Source: Polyangiaceae bacterium (GTDB lineage Bacteria; Myxococcota_A; Polyangia; Polyangiales; Polyangiaceae). Taken from it: a stretch of DNA of 64,000 nt. Below the pieces are notes generated by a model. It made no database searches. It was not told the DNA's origin and was given only the letters and a program-made list of their open reading frames with translations. Shown here piece after piece: positions 27,348 to 37,827 of the stretch; the first letter of the stretch is position 1, and each line of letters begins with the position of its first letter. Both the position numbers and the translations under genes were made by a program. The DNA is taken from the NCBI GenBank assembly GCA_044376115.1, contig JBILLK010000016.1, positions 154,830-218,829 of the forward strand, in the 5' to 3' direction.

Positions 27348-28408
27348 GCGGGGCGAGTGGAGCCGTCTGGCGTTGGGCTGGCGCCGTCATTCGACGGTGG
27401 GGTCCAGCGGTTGGGGGAGATTTTAACGCGCAATAGGTTTTGCACGGTTTGAATGGGATTGACGATGGTGAGGTTCTTTTGCCCTTCGGTCGCCGCTAGC
27501 TGGGCGAACAAGAGGCCAATCGCCGAGCCGTCGCTTTGGCAGACCACCAGCGAGCCAGAGTCGCCCGGCTCCCCGATGTCGGTGGTCAGGATCTGATTGC
27601 GGAACAGCGCCATCCCGCCGCGGAACGGCACCTTCACGGTGGCGTTCATGTACACCACTTTGCCTTCCTTGTAGTGGGTCATCCCGCCGACTTTGCAGAT
27701 CTCCAAGTTGACCGGAATGTCCTTGGTGCGGCGCCATGAAGTGAGATTGAGCCCGCGGGTTGAATAGTTATCTTCGATGTAGCCGTTGGGGTTGTTGCTG
27801 TCGGGCGGGAGCACCTCGGCGATGGCCGCGTCCACCAGGTTGTTTTGGTCTTTGAGCGGCAGCGTCTCGGTGGTCTCCACCGGGATGAAGCGGGTCAGCC
27901 GCGCGATGGCGTCTCGCTCGATCAGCAGGCTGATCGCAGGCTGCACGATCATGTCTTTGGGTTTGGCTTTGCCCGAGCGCGCGAGCACATGGCAGTTGGA
28001 GAGTAGGTATTTGCGGTCCGCTCCCTCCACCACGCAGCCCAGCGTGCCTTGCAACCCGTCCTCATGGCTGATGCGGCAGCCCCATGGCACCGGGCGCGGC
28101 AGCGGTTCAGTGTTGCTGAGCACGCGGGCGCGCCCCACCGGCGCCACATCTGTCTTCATCCCGGCTAAGCCCTCGGGCACGACGGCGTTTTTATGCACCA
28201 GGCCCTTGTGCCACTTCTCCTCGACCAGCACGACCACCGAGAGCTCGTCGGTGATGACGCCCCCTACCTTTTTATGCCCATATCCCCAGCCAAGGATCTC
28301 CGGCTCGACCTCCATCGCTCGGAAGATCCAATCCCCAACCTCCGGGTCGAACTTTGAGAATTGATGGTTTGCCCCTTCGAAGTCCTCGCTCTCGAACTTA
28401 CTCCCCAT
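27344..28408 (-). CDS. Nal1-like trypsin-fold serine protease (cytoplasmic)
   Basis: GWGYGHKKVGG.TDELSVVVLVEEK N-domain; GTLGC, LSNCHV (His), VDAAIA (Asp), PGDSGS (Ser); no signal peptide. Confidence 0.88.
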   Translation of the reverse strand: MGSKFESEDFEGANHQFSKFDPEVGDWIFRAMEVEPEILGWGYGHKKVGGVITDELSVVVLVEEKWHKGLVHKNAVVPEGLAGMKTDVAPVGRARVLSNTEPLPRPVPWGCRISHEDGLQGTLGCVVEGADRKYLLSNCHVLARSGKAKPKDMIVQPAISLLIERDAIARLTRFIPVETTETLPLKDQNNLVDAAIAEVLPPDSNNPNGYIEDNYSTRGLNLTSWRRTKDIPVNLEICKVGGMTHYKEGKVVYMNATVKVPFRGGMALFRNQILTTDIGEPGDSGSLVVCQSDGSAIGLLFAQLAATEGQKNLTIVNPIQTVQNLLRVKISPNRWTPPSNDGASPTPDGSTRPA

Positions 28409-28520
28409 GCGGCGGATGGAATCACGAGTGCCTCGCTTCGCGCTAATAAAAGAGGCAGAGCGCCAGCCACTGTTCGGGTTGCTCAGGCAAACGAACGCGG
28501 CCTATTCTCCGGCGCTGCCA

Positions 28521-28916
28521 ATGGAGCTACCGGCGGAAGCAATACGCACTCGAACCTGTGCCTTCTGGCGAGTCGGGCAGATGGTTCACACTCGTTTCCA
28601 CGCTGGCGCTGAGGTGACGCTCGAGGACGCGCAGGCGAACATCGAGGTGACGGCCAAGCTCACCGGCGGCAGAGCGTTACCGGTGCTGGTGGATCTGCGT
28701 ACGGTGCGCTCGCAGAGCGCTGAGGCGAGGTCTTTGTTCGCAGGCCCTGAGGGTCGGGCGGTGAGTTCGGCCGTTGCGCTCCTGCTCTCGAATCCGCTAA
28801 GCCGCGTCATGGGGAACTTCTACTTAGGCTTCAATCGCCCGCAGACCCCAACTCGGCTATTCACCTCGGAGGCAGAGGCAGAGGCCTGGCTCCTTACCTT
28901 CGCGCCGAACGAATGA
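28521..28916 (+). CDS. STAS/SpoIIAA-like small domain protein
   Basis: PVLVDLR...SAEAR...VALL...PTRLFTSEAEAEAWL; ATGA overlap with the kinase. Confidence 0.7.
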   Translation: MELPAEAIRTRTCAFWRVGQMVHTRFHAGAEVTLEDAQANIEVTAKLTGGRALPVLVDLRTVRSQSAEARSLFAGPEGRAVSSAVALLLSNPLSRVMGNFYLGFNRPQTPTRLFTSEAEAEAWLLTFAPNE

Positions 28917-30283
28917 GCACGGACCCCAACGCGAGAGCCGAAGAAGAGCGACGTCTGGCGGAGATCGTCAATGTGGTCGTCGCGATCGCCAGCAACGATT
29001 TCTCGCAGCGCGCCAGCGTCGGGGATGGCCAGCATCTCTTGGACGGCTTGGCGGCGGGCATCAACATGTTGGCTGAGGAGGTAGGCCAGCAGTACCGGCG
29101 TGAACAAGCCTTTCGCGAGCGCCTGATTCGCTCAGCGCGGCTAGCCTCGCTGGGTCAATTGGCAGCGGGCGTCGCCCATGAGGTCAACAACCCGGCCGCC
29201 TTCGTCTTGGCGAATCTTCAGGCGATGGACCGGCTCTTGAGCTCGGTGGAGTCGGCCGCGGAGAGCTCGACAATCCGCGAGGCCATGCAGCAAGCGCGCG
29301 AGCTCACGCGTGAGAACCTGGCTGGCGTTGAACGCATCGTGGGCATCGTGCGTGAGCTTGGTCCCTTCTCGCGGCTTGAGAAACACCGCCTAGAGGTATT
29401 GCAGGTGGATGAACTCGTTCGTGACGCCTGCAAGCTCGTCAACGCCGAACTCGTTTATCGCGCCCAACTGGTCATTGAACAACAGCCCGCCCTGCGCGTG
29501 CGTGGGGATCGGGCCAGGCTCATTCACGTCTTGACTAACCTGCTGCTCAACGCGGCGCACGCTATCCCGGAGGGCGCGCCGGAGCGGCATCAGGTGAGCG
29601 TCGTCCCTTCGCTGCGCCAGAGGCTGGTTTGCGTGGCCGTGCGCGATACCGGGTTAGGCATCTCAGCGGAGGATCAAGCGCGTCTGTTCGAGCCGTTCTT
29701 CAGCACCAAGTTCCGTGACGTGGGCGCCGGGCTCGGCTTGACTAGCTCCGCGGAGATCATGCGCCAACACGAGGGTGACCTGCGTCTCGTTCAAACCTCC
29801 GAGCGCGGCTCGGTGTTTGAGCTTTCACTGCCGCAAGAGGTCGCCGACCTAGCGGTCGTCCCAACGCCTCCTGCGCCTCCGCCTGCTCCCGCTCCTTCCC
29901 CCGCGGCCAAGTTGCGGGTGCTCCTGATCGATGATGAGGAGTCGCTGGTCAAGGCGTTCCATTTGTTGTTGAAGAATGAATATGAGCTTACTGTCGCGCT
30001 TGGCGGGCACGCCGGGCTCTCCATTTTAGAGGGGAATCGAGCGTGGGACGTGGTCGTCTGTGATCTGATGATGCCCGACGTAGACGGCATCGCGATCCAT
30101 GAGTGGGTGGTAGCCAATCAACCCGCGTTGGCTCAGCGTATGGTCTTTTGCTCGGGCGGCGCCTTCACCCCGCGTGGCCGCGAATTCGTGGCCACGATTG
30201 GGGAGCGCTTGTTGCAGAAGCCCGTTCGCCCGAGCGTACTGCGGGAGATGATTCAGCGCGTTGCCAGCGACTCAGTGAAGTAG
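28913..30283 (+). CDS. Hybrid sensor histidine kinase with receiver domain
   Basis: AHEVNNP, NLLLNA, DTGLG, FFSTK, GLGL; receiver LIDDE...CDLMMP...KP. Confidence 0.95.
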   Translation: MSTDPNARAEEERRLAEIVNVVVAIASNDFSQRASVGDGQHLLDGLAAGINMLAEEVGQQYRREQAFRERLIRSARLASLGQLAAGVAHEVNNPAAFVLANLQAMDRLLSSVESAAESSTIREAMQQARELTRENLAGVERIVGIVRELGPFSRLEKHRLEVLQVDELVRDACKLVNAELVYRAQLVIEQQPALRVRGDRARLIHVLTNLLLNAAHAIPEGAPERHQVSVVPSLRQRLVCVAVRDTGLGISAEDQARLFEPFFSTKFRDVGAGLGLTSSAEIMRQHEGDLRLVQTSERGSVFELSLPQEVADLAVVPTPPAPPPAPAPSPAAKLRVLLIDDEESLVKAFHLLLKNEYELTVALGGHAGLSILEGNRAWDVVVCDLMMPDVDGIAIHEWVVANQPALAQRMVFCSGGAFTPRGREFVATIGERLLQKPVRPSVLREMIQRVASDSVK

Positions 30284-30305
30284 CGCGCGAGCCGCAGCGC
30301 CCATT

Positions 30306-33164
30306 CTACGGCGTAGCGCCCGCCTCCGGCTTGAGCACCGCGAGGATGAACTCACCCGCTCGCAGATACTTCTTGGCGGCCCGCTGGGTGCGCTCGGAGC
30401 TAATTTTATCGATCATAGGCTGGGCGTTCGGAATCTCGCGCGGATCATCGCCAAAGGTGTAGGCCCGCTCGAGTTCGCGTAGCCAGAACCCGTTGTCTTT
30501 CAAGTCGGTCTCCTGGGCCCGCCGCCGCGTCTCTTTGATCTTGGCGATCATCTCCGCGGACACGCCGCTCTCCTGAATGGCCTTGATCTCATCGAACACG
30601 GCTTGTTTGAGCTTGTCCACGTTCTCTGGGGAACAGCCGAAGCTGACGCTGAATTGGTATTCGGCACGCGGGCGCCTGCGCAGTTGGCCGCCTACCTGGA
30701 CCCCATACACGCCGCCCAGGTCTTCACGCAGGGTTTGGCGCAAGCGGTGCCGCAGGACCTCGGTCAGCATCCGGACGTCGTTCTCGCTATCCGCGGACCA
30801 GCTCTCAGCGCCGTGGAAGGTCAGGCTCACCATGCTCTTGGGCTCGGTGCCCTTCTCGATGACTTTGGTCTTTCCGCCTTTGAGCAAAGAGACCTTGATG
30901 TCGCGCCAGCTCTCCTTGCGCGCTCGGGTCTTCAAGCTACCGAGGTAGCGTTCGCTCAGGGACTTGAGTTTGTCGAGATCGACGTTGCCGACGAATAGGA
31001 AGGTAAAATCGGAGGCATCACTGAAACGGTCATTGTAGAAATCGAAGGCGCGGCCAAGGTCCACCTTCTCGATCGTCTCGGGGGTAGTAGGCCTACGGCG
31101 CGGGTGGTCCTGCGTAGAGAAGCTGAGCAGCTCTTCTTGGAACAGCCGCTCCGGCGAGAGTCGCCGGTTCTTCGCCGCTTCGATCTCGCGGGTGCGCCAG
31201 GCTGCGAAGGCCTTCTCGTCTTTGCGCGGCGCGGTGAAGGATAGATACGTAAGTTGAAACAGCGTCTCCAGATCGGCGCTGGCCGCGCTACCCGATAGCC
31301 CTTCCTCCAGTTCGGAGATGGTGGCCCGCAAGGAGACGACCTTGCCGGCCAGGGCTTTGCGCAACATCAAAGCGTCGAACGGGCCAACCCCGCCCAGCCC
31401 AACCACCTCATCGGCGAACTGCGCGGGAATGAAGTCGGCGTCCTTGACCTGTGAGGTACCACCAGGGGAAAAGGCCGAGAGCTTGATCTCGTCATTGGCG
31501 AAGTCGGTGGGCTTGACGATCACTCGCACGCCGTTCTCGAACGTCCACTCGGTGATGCCCAGCTCGCCAATGGTTTTGGTCTTGCTGATTTTGCCGGGAC
31601 TCGGCAAGTTCGCCATCAGCGGCTCGCTGGGCGCTGCATCCACGTAGGGGGCAAGTTCGCGCGCACGCACACTCTTCTCAACGCCCAAGAGCGCCTGCTC
31701 GGTGGGTCGCAACATCGTCTTGGGGCCGGAGACATTGATGACCCGACTACCGAGCGAGGCCTCTTTGGCCAGCCCGTTCAGCTCCTCCAACTTGAAGCTG
31801 GGCAAGAAGCGTTGCGCCAACGCGAGCTCGGCCTCGCGCCCCGGCATGGCCTCATTCTCGAGAAAGTTGCGCACGATCTCTGCGGTGAATTCGCCCGAGT
31901 CGGTCTTGTCGCGTTCGGTGGCGGCCTCCTCGAATTGGCGCAACAGCTGCTTCTTGGCGCGCTCGAACTCGGAGGCGGTGAAGCCGTGTCGCTCCACGCG
32001 CACCGTCTCTTCGAGCAGAGCGGCGAGTCCGCGCTCCACGCCGTCTTCTTTGACCAAGGCGTTTTGGCGGAAGGCATCGATGGTTCGAACGAGGCCACCG
32101 GAGCCGGCGAAGGCGCCCAAAAACGGCGCGTTTGGATCGCGGCGTAGCTCCTCGAAGCGGGCGTTGAGCATAATGCTGTAAAGCTGGTCTCCGATGCTGC
32201 GGCGATAGTCGCGCGCCGACGCTTCCGGCTTGTGCGGCACCTTGTTGACGATGGATACGCTGGTCGTCGGTAGCTCGCGGTCGCTCTCGATGCTGACCAG
32301 CGTCTCTGCGTGCGGCGGGACCTCAGCGTAAACGCGCGGGCGCGGCTTGGGCTCGGTGCGCCCAGGCATCGAGCCGAACTCAGCCTTGATGCTGGCCTCG
32401 ATCGCCTTCGGGTCGAAGTCGCCCACGGCGATCACCGCCATCAAGTCGGGCCGGTACCAATCGCGGTAGTAGCGCATCAGCGTTTCACGCGAGGCGTTCT
32501 TGATGATCTCCGGCTTGCCGATGGTGATCCGCTCGGCGTACTTCGAGCCGTGAAAGACGACGGGCGCCTGCTTGTCGAATAGGCGCATACGCGCGCCTCG
32601 TCCGAGTCTCCACTCCTCCAGCACCACGCCGCGCTCCTTCTCCACCTCCTCGGCGTCGAAGCTGATGCCGTCGGCCCAGTCGCGAAGGACGCTCAGACCA
32701 CGCGTTAGAAACGTCGGGTCGTCGGTCGGGAGTTGCAGCTTGTAGACCGTCTCATCGAACGACGTATAGGCGTTGAGGTCCGCACCAAAGCGCACGCCAG
32801 CCTTCTCGAGAAAGGCGATCAGCTCCTGCTTGGGAAAGCGCTTCGTCCCGTTGAAGCCCATATGCTCGACGAAGTGCGCGAGCCCGCGCTGATCCTCGTC
32901 CTCTAGCACCGAGCCGGCGTTGACGGCCAGCCACAGCTGGGCGCGCTGCTCGGGCTTCTTGTGCGGTAATACATAATAGGTAAGGCCGTTATCGAGCGTG
33001 CCTTTGGTGATGCGCGCATCGAGTGGCAGTGGTTGGTCGAGCTCGTCGACCGTGACCACGGCTGGCGCGCTGCTGGTGGCGAGCTTCGGCTCGTCGGGCG
33101 GAACAGCGGGACCACAAGCGAGGGTGAGGGCGAGCAGGAGCGGCGCAACCAAAGAACGATGCAT
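30306..33164 (-). CDS. M16 family zinc protease (PqqL-like) lipoprotein
   Basis: GLAHFVEHM, NAYTSFDETVY, ERGVVLEE; lipobox LAC. Confidence 0.95.
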   Translation of the reverse strand: MHRSLVAPLLLALTLACGPAVPPDEPKLATSSAPAVVTVDELDQPLPLDARITKGTLDNGLTYYVLPHKKPEQRAQLWLAVNAGSVLEDEDQRGLAHFVEHMGFNGTKRFPKQELIAFLEKAGVRFGADLNAYTSFDETVYKLQLPTDDPTFLTRGLSVLRDWADGISFDAEEVEKERGVVLEEWRLGRGARMRLFDKQAPVVFHGSKYAERITIGKPEIIKNASRETLMRYYRDWYRPDLMAVIAVGDFDPKAIEASIKAEFGSMPGRTEPKPRPRVYAEVPPHAETLVSIESDRELPTTSVSIVNKVPHKPEASARDYRRSIGDQLYSIMLNARFEELRRDPNAPFLGAFAGSGGLVRTIDAFRQNALVKEDGVERGLAALLEETVRVERHGFTASEFERAKKQLLRQFEEAATERDKTDSGEFTAEIVRNFLENEAMPGREAELALAQRFLPSFKLEELNGLAKEASLGSRVINVSGPKTMLRPTEQALLGVEKSVRARELAPYVDAAPSEPLMANLPSPGKISKTKTIGELGITEWTFENGVRVIVKPTDFANDEIKLSAFSPGGTSQVKDADFIPAQFADEVVGLGGVGPFDALMLRKALAGKVVSLRATISELEEGLSGSAASADLETLFQLTYLSFTAPRKDEKAFAAWRTREIEAAKNRRLSPERLFQEELLSFSTQDHPRRRPTTPETIEKVDLGRAFDFYNDRFSDASDFTFLFVGNVDLDKLKSLSERYLGSLKTRARKESWRDIKVSLLKGGKTKVIEKGTEPKSMVSLTFHGAESWSADSENDVRMLTEVLRHRLRQTLREDLGGVYGVQVGGQLRRRPRAEYQFSVSFGCSPENVDKLKQAVFDEIKAIQESGVSAEMIAKIKETRRRAQETDLKDNGFWLRELERAYTFGDDPREIPNAQPMIDKISSERTQRAAKKYLRAGEFILAVLKPEAGATP

Positions 33165-33253
33165 GGCACCGGGGTAGCGCTAAACTCTCACTTTCGCACG
33201 TTGAAAAACGATGCAGGTCCGCTCGCTGAGCTCCGCCCGATCCCGGTTTGCGC

Positions 33254-35494
33254 TCAGTTCGGGTTCAAGAACCCTGGGAGCGCCTGGCCATCTTCGTACA
33301 GCCAAAGCCGCTGATTGACGTCGAACGGCCCTTGGTAGCTAACGAGCTTTCCACCAGGGAAGCGCACACGGATCTCGTCGACGGCGGTCGCGCTGCCCAG
33401 CCCGAAGGTCAACGTCTGCGAGTTCTGGTTGCCTTGCCCGGTACCGCCCTGGACGTAGTCCACGCGCTCTTGCGTGCCGAGCGTGAGCATCACCGTGGCG
33501 CCGATCCCTGCGCGGTTGGCGTCCACGTTTCCGACCACGCGGGTCTGCAGGTAGTTCCCCGTTCGGGGCGCTTGGTTCTTGAATAGCGTAGTAGCGAATA
33601 CATCGACATCACCGTCCAAGTCGGTGTCGGCCAGTGCGACTCCCCAGCCGTTCTTGGTGCTGAGGCCTGAATGGTAGCTATCGAGTTTGAAGCTGCCGTT
33701 GCCCAATCCCCAGTAAAAATCGGTGGGCCGCCCGTCGTAGACGGCGGTGATGATCAGGTCCAGCCGACCATCGAGGTCGAAATCGGCGAGCGCCGGTACC
33801 GAGTGGGTCTCTTGATAGCGCAGACCAGCGCCTCCGGCAGGCTTGTCGAAGGAGCCTTGCAGATCGCTGAAGCTACCGTCCGCGCCTTGCAGCAAGACCT
33901 CAGTCTTGTCGGAGAAGTCGAAGAAGCGTGGATGCGCGAGGTTGGCCGAGATCAGATCGAAGTCGCCATCGCCGTCCAGATCCCCAAACGCAGTGCCGAT
34001 GGTGTGACCGTAGTAGCCCTCCGATTCGCTGCCAGCGACTCCGAGCAGCTTGGCGCTCTCCTCGAACTGCCCGAGCCCATCGTTCTCGAAGTAGAAGTTC
34101 TCCTGCAGACGGTAGTTGTTGACCATCAGATCGAGGTCGCCGTCGGCGTCCAAATCGATCGGGTTGACGCCGCGGCCAGCTCGCTTGAGCTGTGAGAATC
34201 CGTGCCCTTGGGACCAACTCTCGAAGGTGCCGTCGCCGCGGTTGTGCCAAACCTCATCGCGATAGGTGGTGCCCTTCTCCCAGCAGATGAAGTTAGCGAG
34301 GTAGAGGTCGAGGAAGCCGTCGGCATCGAGATCGACCCAGGCCGCCGCCGGGGTAGGGGAACGCGTATTCTCCGGGGCGTTGCAGGTCTCGTAGCTTTGG
34401 CTATCAACGATGCCGGCGGAACTGGTCACCTCCAAAAAGTGCCCAGCGCAGTCATTGCGATAGAGAAGGTCAGCCTGGGTGTACGACTCGTTGAAGATGA
34501 AAAGATCGAGGCAGCCGTCATTGTCGTAGTCGCCAAAGACGCCGCCGCTACCGGGGAGTAGCCCTAGCCCGGCTTCGTTCGTTATGTCAGTAAAAGCGCC
34601 AGCGTCGTTGCGCCAAAGCTTGGGGCCGTCGGTCAAGAGGTCATCATCCCCGTCGGCGTCGAAGTCGCCAAAGGATGCGCGCGCATGAGGCTCGAACGGC
34701 AAAGACTCGAACACGGTGGAATCGGCCGCGAGCTCTTCGAGCGGTTCAATGTGCAGCCGCACGAGATAATCGTATTGGAAGGGGAAGGAGACCCCATTGA
34801 AGAACGACTGCGGCAACGCCTCGGGTAGGTTGAGCGCCGAGCGACAGGACTCAAAGAGGGCGCAGCTCGGGTCCTCAGCCTCCGACTGGTCGAAGCTAAA
34901 GACGAAGGAGCCTGGCTCTGCGCGATGCGCTACGTACACGAGCCCGGGGTGGAGAACCTCGAGCGGCGTTGGCAATAGGTAGCTAAGCCACCCATCCTCT
35001 TGGATGTCCCCAGCGCAACGCGTACCGACGAACAGCGGGTCGGCCGCCCAGAAGTCGAAGCCGTTGTAGCCAAAGTCCCCGTACAGACCCACGGCGAGCT
35101 GCTCTTGCGGGTCCTCCGGCGCGGCTGCTACGTGCACCGAGAAGCCAACGATGCGCGAGGGCTGAAGGAGTTCGAAGCGAACGGCCTCATGCACGCTCTC
35201 CTCATTCAGGACGAAGGTCTTGCCCTCGACGGTGATCTCAAAGCTCTCGTCGCGCAGGCTGGTGGCGGGTACGCCGTCATCCCACTGCAAGGTGGTGACC
35301 CCGCTCGGCAGCTCACCGCTCGCGTTGCCGCAGCTTGGCTCGCCTCCAGCGCCGCCGCTCCCCGCTTCCCCACCGGCCGCACCGCTACCGCCTCCGCCCG
35401 CAGCGCCAGTCCCAGACGCGTCTGGATCATGGCTGCTGCAGGCGTGTAGGCCGAGCAATAGGAGAGCCAAGCTGAGCGTGCGTGCGAGTTCCAC
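33254..35494 (-). CDS. CRTAC1-like FG-GAP repeat / ASPIC-UnbV lipoprotein
   Basis: Many DxDxDGDxDL Ca-binding repeats; NRAGIGA..FGLG ASPIC tail. Confidence 0.88.
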   Translation of the reverse strand: MELARTLSLALLLLGLHACSSHDPDASGTGAAGGGGSGAAGGEAGSGGAGGEPSCGNASGELPSGVTTLQWDDGVPATSLRDESFEITVEGKTFVLNEESVHEAVRFELLQPSRIVGFSVHVAAAPEDPQEQLAVGLYGDFGYNGFDFWAADPLFVGTRCAGDIQEDGWLSYLLPTPLEVLHPGLVYVAHRAEPGSFVFSFDQSEAEDPSCALFESCRSALNLPEALPQSFFNGVSFPFQYDYLVRLHIEPLEELAADSTVFESLPFEPHARASFGDFDADGDDDLLTDGPKLWRNDAGAFTDITNEAGLGLLPGSGGVFGDYDNDGCLDLFIFNESYTQADLLYRNDCAGHFLEVTSSAGIVDSQSYETCNAPENTRSPTPAAAWVDLDADGFLDLYLANFICWEKGTTYRDEVWHNRGDGTFESWSQGHGFSQLKRAGRGVNPIDLDADGDLDLMVNNYRLQENFYFENDGLGQFEESAKLLGVAGSESEGYYGHTIGTAFGDLDGDGDFDLISANLAHPRFFDFSDKTEVLLQGADGSFSDLQGSFDKPAGGAGLRYQETHSVPALADFDLDGRLDLIITAVYDGRPTDFYWGLGNGSFKLDSYHSGLSTKNGWGVALADTDLDGDVDVFATTLFKNQAPRTGNYLQTRVVGNVDANRAGIGATVMLTLGTQERVDYVQGGTGQGNQNSQTLTFGLGSATAVDEIRVRFPGGKLVSYQGPFDVNQRLWLYEDGQALPGFLNPN

Positions 35495-35541
35495 CCGAGG
35501 AGGCTAACGGAACCTCGAGCACGAGGCTTGAGCGGAAACTA

Positions 35542-37644
35542 CTACCAAATCCGCACGCGCTGATTGGGCGCGAGGAAGTGTGCGTCTTTCGGCTCGGGTT
35601 TGAACGCCTCGTAGAAGGAGTCCAGGTTGCGAACCACGGCCGTGCGGAACTCCGACGGACTGTGAGGATCGGTGATGAGACGGTTGGCCAGCTCTTGATC
35701 GCGGTAGAGCCGCCGCCAGACCTGCGCCCAACCGAGGAAGAAGCGTTGATCCCCCGTCATCCCGTCGTACACGGGCGCCTCTTTACCCGCTAGTGAAAGC
35801 CGGTAAGCCGAGTGCGCCACCGTCAAGCCAGCGAGGTCAGCGATGTTCTCGCCTAGCGTAAGGTCTCCCTTGACGCATTGGGCAGGCTTCTCCCCCTGGG
35901 CGGGGAAAGGGCAGTAAGCCGCATATTGCGCGACCAGCTGATTGGTTGCGGCTTTGAACTTCGCCGCGTCGTCCGCGGTCCACCAATTCTTGAGCGCGCC
36001 GCTAGCGTCATATTGCGAGCCCTGGTCGTCGAAACCGTGGCTGATCTCATGACCGATGACCGCACCAATACCACCGTAGTTGATGGCGTCATCGGCGTTC
36101 GGATCGAAGAAGGGCGGCTGTAGAATGGCGGCCGGGAAGACGATCTCGTTGAGCACCGGGTTGTAGTAGGCATTGACGGTCATCGGCACCATCTCCCACT
36201 CATCCCGGTCCACCGGCTTACCGAGCTTGGCCAGCCGCCTGTCATATTCGAAGGCGGAAGCTCGGGCGTCATTCGCTACTGGGTTATCGGCGACGACGCT
36301 CAGCGCGCCATAGTCACGCCAATTCTTGGGATAGCCGATCTTCGGATTGTAGGTCGCTAGTTTGGCCTTCGCTTTGGCCTTGGTCTCGGGGCTCATCCAG
36401 GCGAGCGACTCGAGCCGCTGGCCCATGGCCACGAGCAGGTTCTTCACCAGCTCATCGGCGCGAGCTTTGGTGTCCGGCGTAAAGTGCTTGGAGACGTAGA
36501 TCTTGCCGACCGCCTCTCCCATCGAGCCGGTGACCTCCTCGACGCCGCGCTTCCAGCGTTCCTTCAACTCGGGCGTGCCCGAGAGCGTGCGGCCATACAT
36601 CTCGAAGTGAGCGTCCACGAAGCGCTTGGGCAAGAAGGGTGCAGTGCTGCTGATGAGGCGCACTGTCAGATAGTCTTTCCAAACAGCCACCGGCTCGCTC
36701 TTGATGAGCTTGGCCGTGCCGCCCACGGCCGACGGTTGATTGACGTTGACGTGCGTCTGCCCGGCCAGCCCTACGCCGGTGAGCCACTGCTTCCAATCGA
36801 TGCCCGGCGCGAGCTTCTCGAGCTCCTCGACCGTTAGCTTGTTATAGGTTTTGACCGGATCTCGGTTCTCCACCTTCGTCCAATGTTGGAGGGCGAGCTT
36901 CTCCTCCAACGCATAAACAGCTGCGGCTCGGCGTTTGCCGTCCTTTTGCCCGGCGAGCGTAAAGACGGTCTCGAGGTACTTCTTGTAGCCTTCGCGAACC
37001 TTCTCGAATTGCTTGGCCTTGGCGTCGTACATGTCTCGGTCCGGCAGCCCCAAACCACCCTGGGCGACGTTGGCGATATGTTTCTCCGGCTCACGGTCAT
37101 CCTGGGTGACGATCGTCGTCAGCGGGGAGCTGCGCATCAATCGCGAGTTGCGTGCAAAGGCGGAGACGAGCCCTGCGACGTCCCGAATGCCTACGATCGC
37201 ATCGAGCTCGGGCTGAATCGGCGTGAGCCCACGCTTTTCGATGCCCTCCTCGTCCATGAAGGCTTTGTAGTAGTCGGCGACCTTGCGGCTCTCGGTGCCT
37301 GGCTCCCCAGAAGCGTTGAGAATGATCTCCTTGGTGCGCGCGTCACTCTGATCACTCAGGGCGGTGAACATCCCGTAGTTGGATTTGTCTGCAGGGATGG
37401 GCGTCTTCGCCTGCCAGGTGCCGTTGGCGTAGTTGTAGAAGTTGGCGCCCGGTGCCACCTGGCGATTCATCCCCGCGAGGTCGAATCCCCAGTCGCCGAT
37501 CTCGGGCTTGCCTTTGGGCACGGCCGGCGGGGTTTGGGCCTGGGCTGAGCTGCTGCCGCTGCCCGCTGGAGGTACAGTGTTGGGCGCCGCTGCGGGACCA
37601 CAGGATGCCAACAAGAATGTCGCTGCAATCAGTCGTTTCTGCAC
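35542..37644 (-). CDS. M13 family metallopeptidase lipoprotein
   Basis: VNAYY, GHEISHGFDD, GENIADL, DPHSP. Confidence 0.96.
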   Translation of the reverse strand: MQKRLIAATFLLASCGPAAAPNTVPPAGSGSSSAQAQTPPAVPKGKPEIGDWGFDLAGMNRQVAPGANFYNYANGTWQAKTPIPADKSNYGMFTALSDQSDARTKEIILNASGEPGTESRKVADYYKAFMDEEGIEKRGLTPIQPELDAIVGIRDVAGLVSAFARNSRLMRSSPLTTIVTQDDREPEKHIANVAQGGLGLPDRDMYDAKAKQFEKVREGYKKYLETVFTLAGQKDGKRRAAAVYALEEKLALQHWTKVENRDPVKTYNKLTVEELEKLAPGIDWKQWLTGVGLAGQTHVNVNQPSAVGGTAKLIKSEPVAVWKDYLTVRLISSTAPFLPKRFVDAHFEMYGRTLSGTPELKERWKRGVEEVTGSMGEAVGKIYVSKHFTPDTKARADELVKNLLVAMGQRLESLAWMSPETKAKAKAKLATYNPKIGYPKNWRDYGALSVVADNPVANDARASAFEYDRRLAKLGKPVDRDEWEMVPMTVNAYYNPVLNEIVFPAAILQPPFFDPNADDAINYGGIGAVIGHEISHGFDDQGSQYDASGALKNWWTADDAAKFKAATNQLVAQYAAYCPFPAQGEKPAQCVKGDLTLGENIADLAGLTVAHSAYRLSLAGKEAPVYDGMTGDQRFFLGWAQVWRRLYRDQELANRLITDPHSPSEFRTAVVRNLDSFYEAFKPEPKDAHFLAPNQRVRIW

Positions 37645-37768
37645 GCTTCTCTCCTTGGGCAGCTTCGTAGTGCGTTCGAGAGGCGCCCGCTAGCGTTCAG
37701 TGTGCTGCCGCTCACTACGTTGCAATCTATCGCCCAGCGGCTCGCGAGCTGGCTCACCGCCGGCGCTA

Positions 37769-37804
37769 CAAAGCAAAACGGGCCTGCAGCTAACTGCAGG
37801 CCCG
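37769..37804 (-). terminator. Rho-independent terminator after the MFS transporter gene
   Basis: 11-bp perfect stem CGGGCCTGCAG/CTGCAGGCCCG, 4-nt loop, T-rich tail on the minus strand. Confidence 0.8.
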
Positions 37805-37827
37805 CGGTGCGCAATGTGTGAGGGAGC

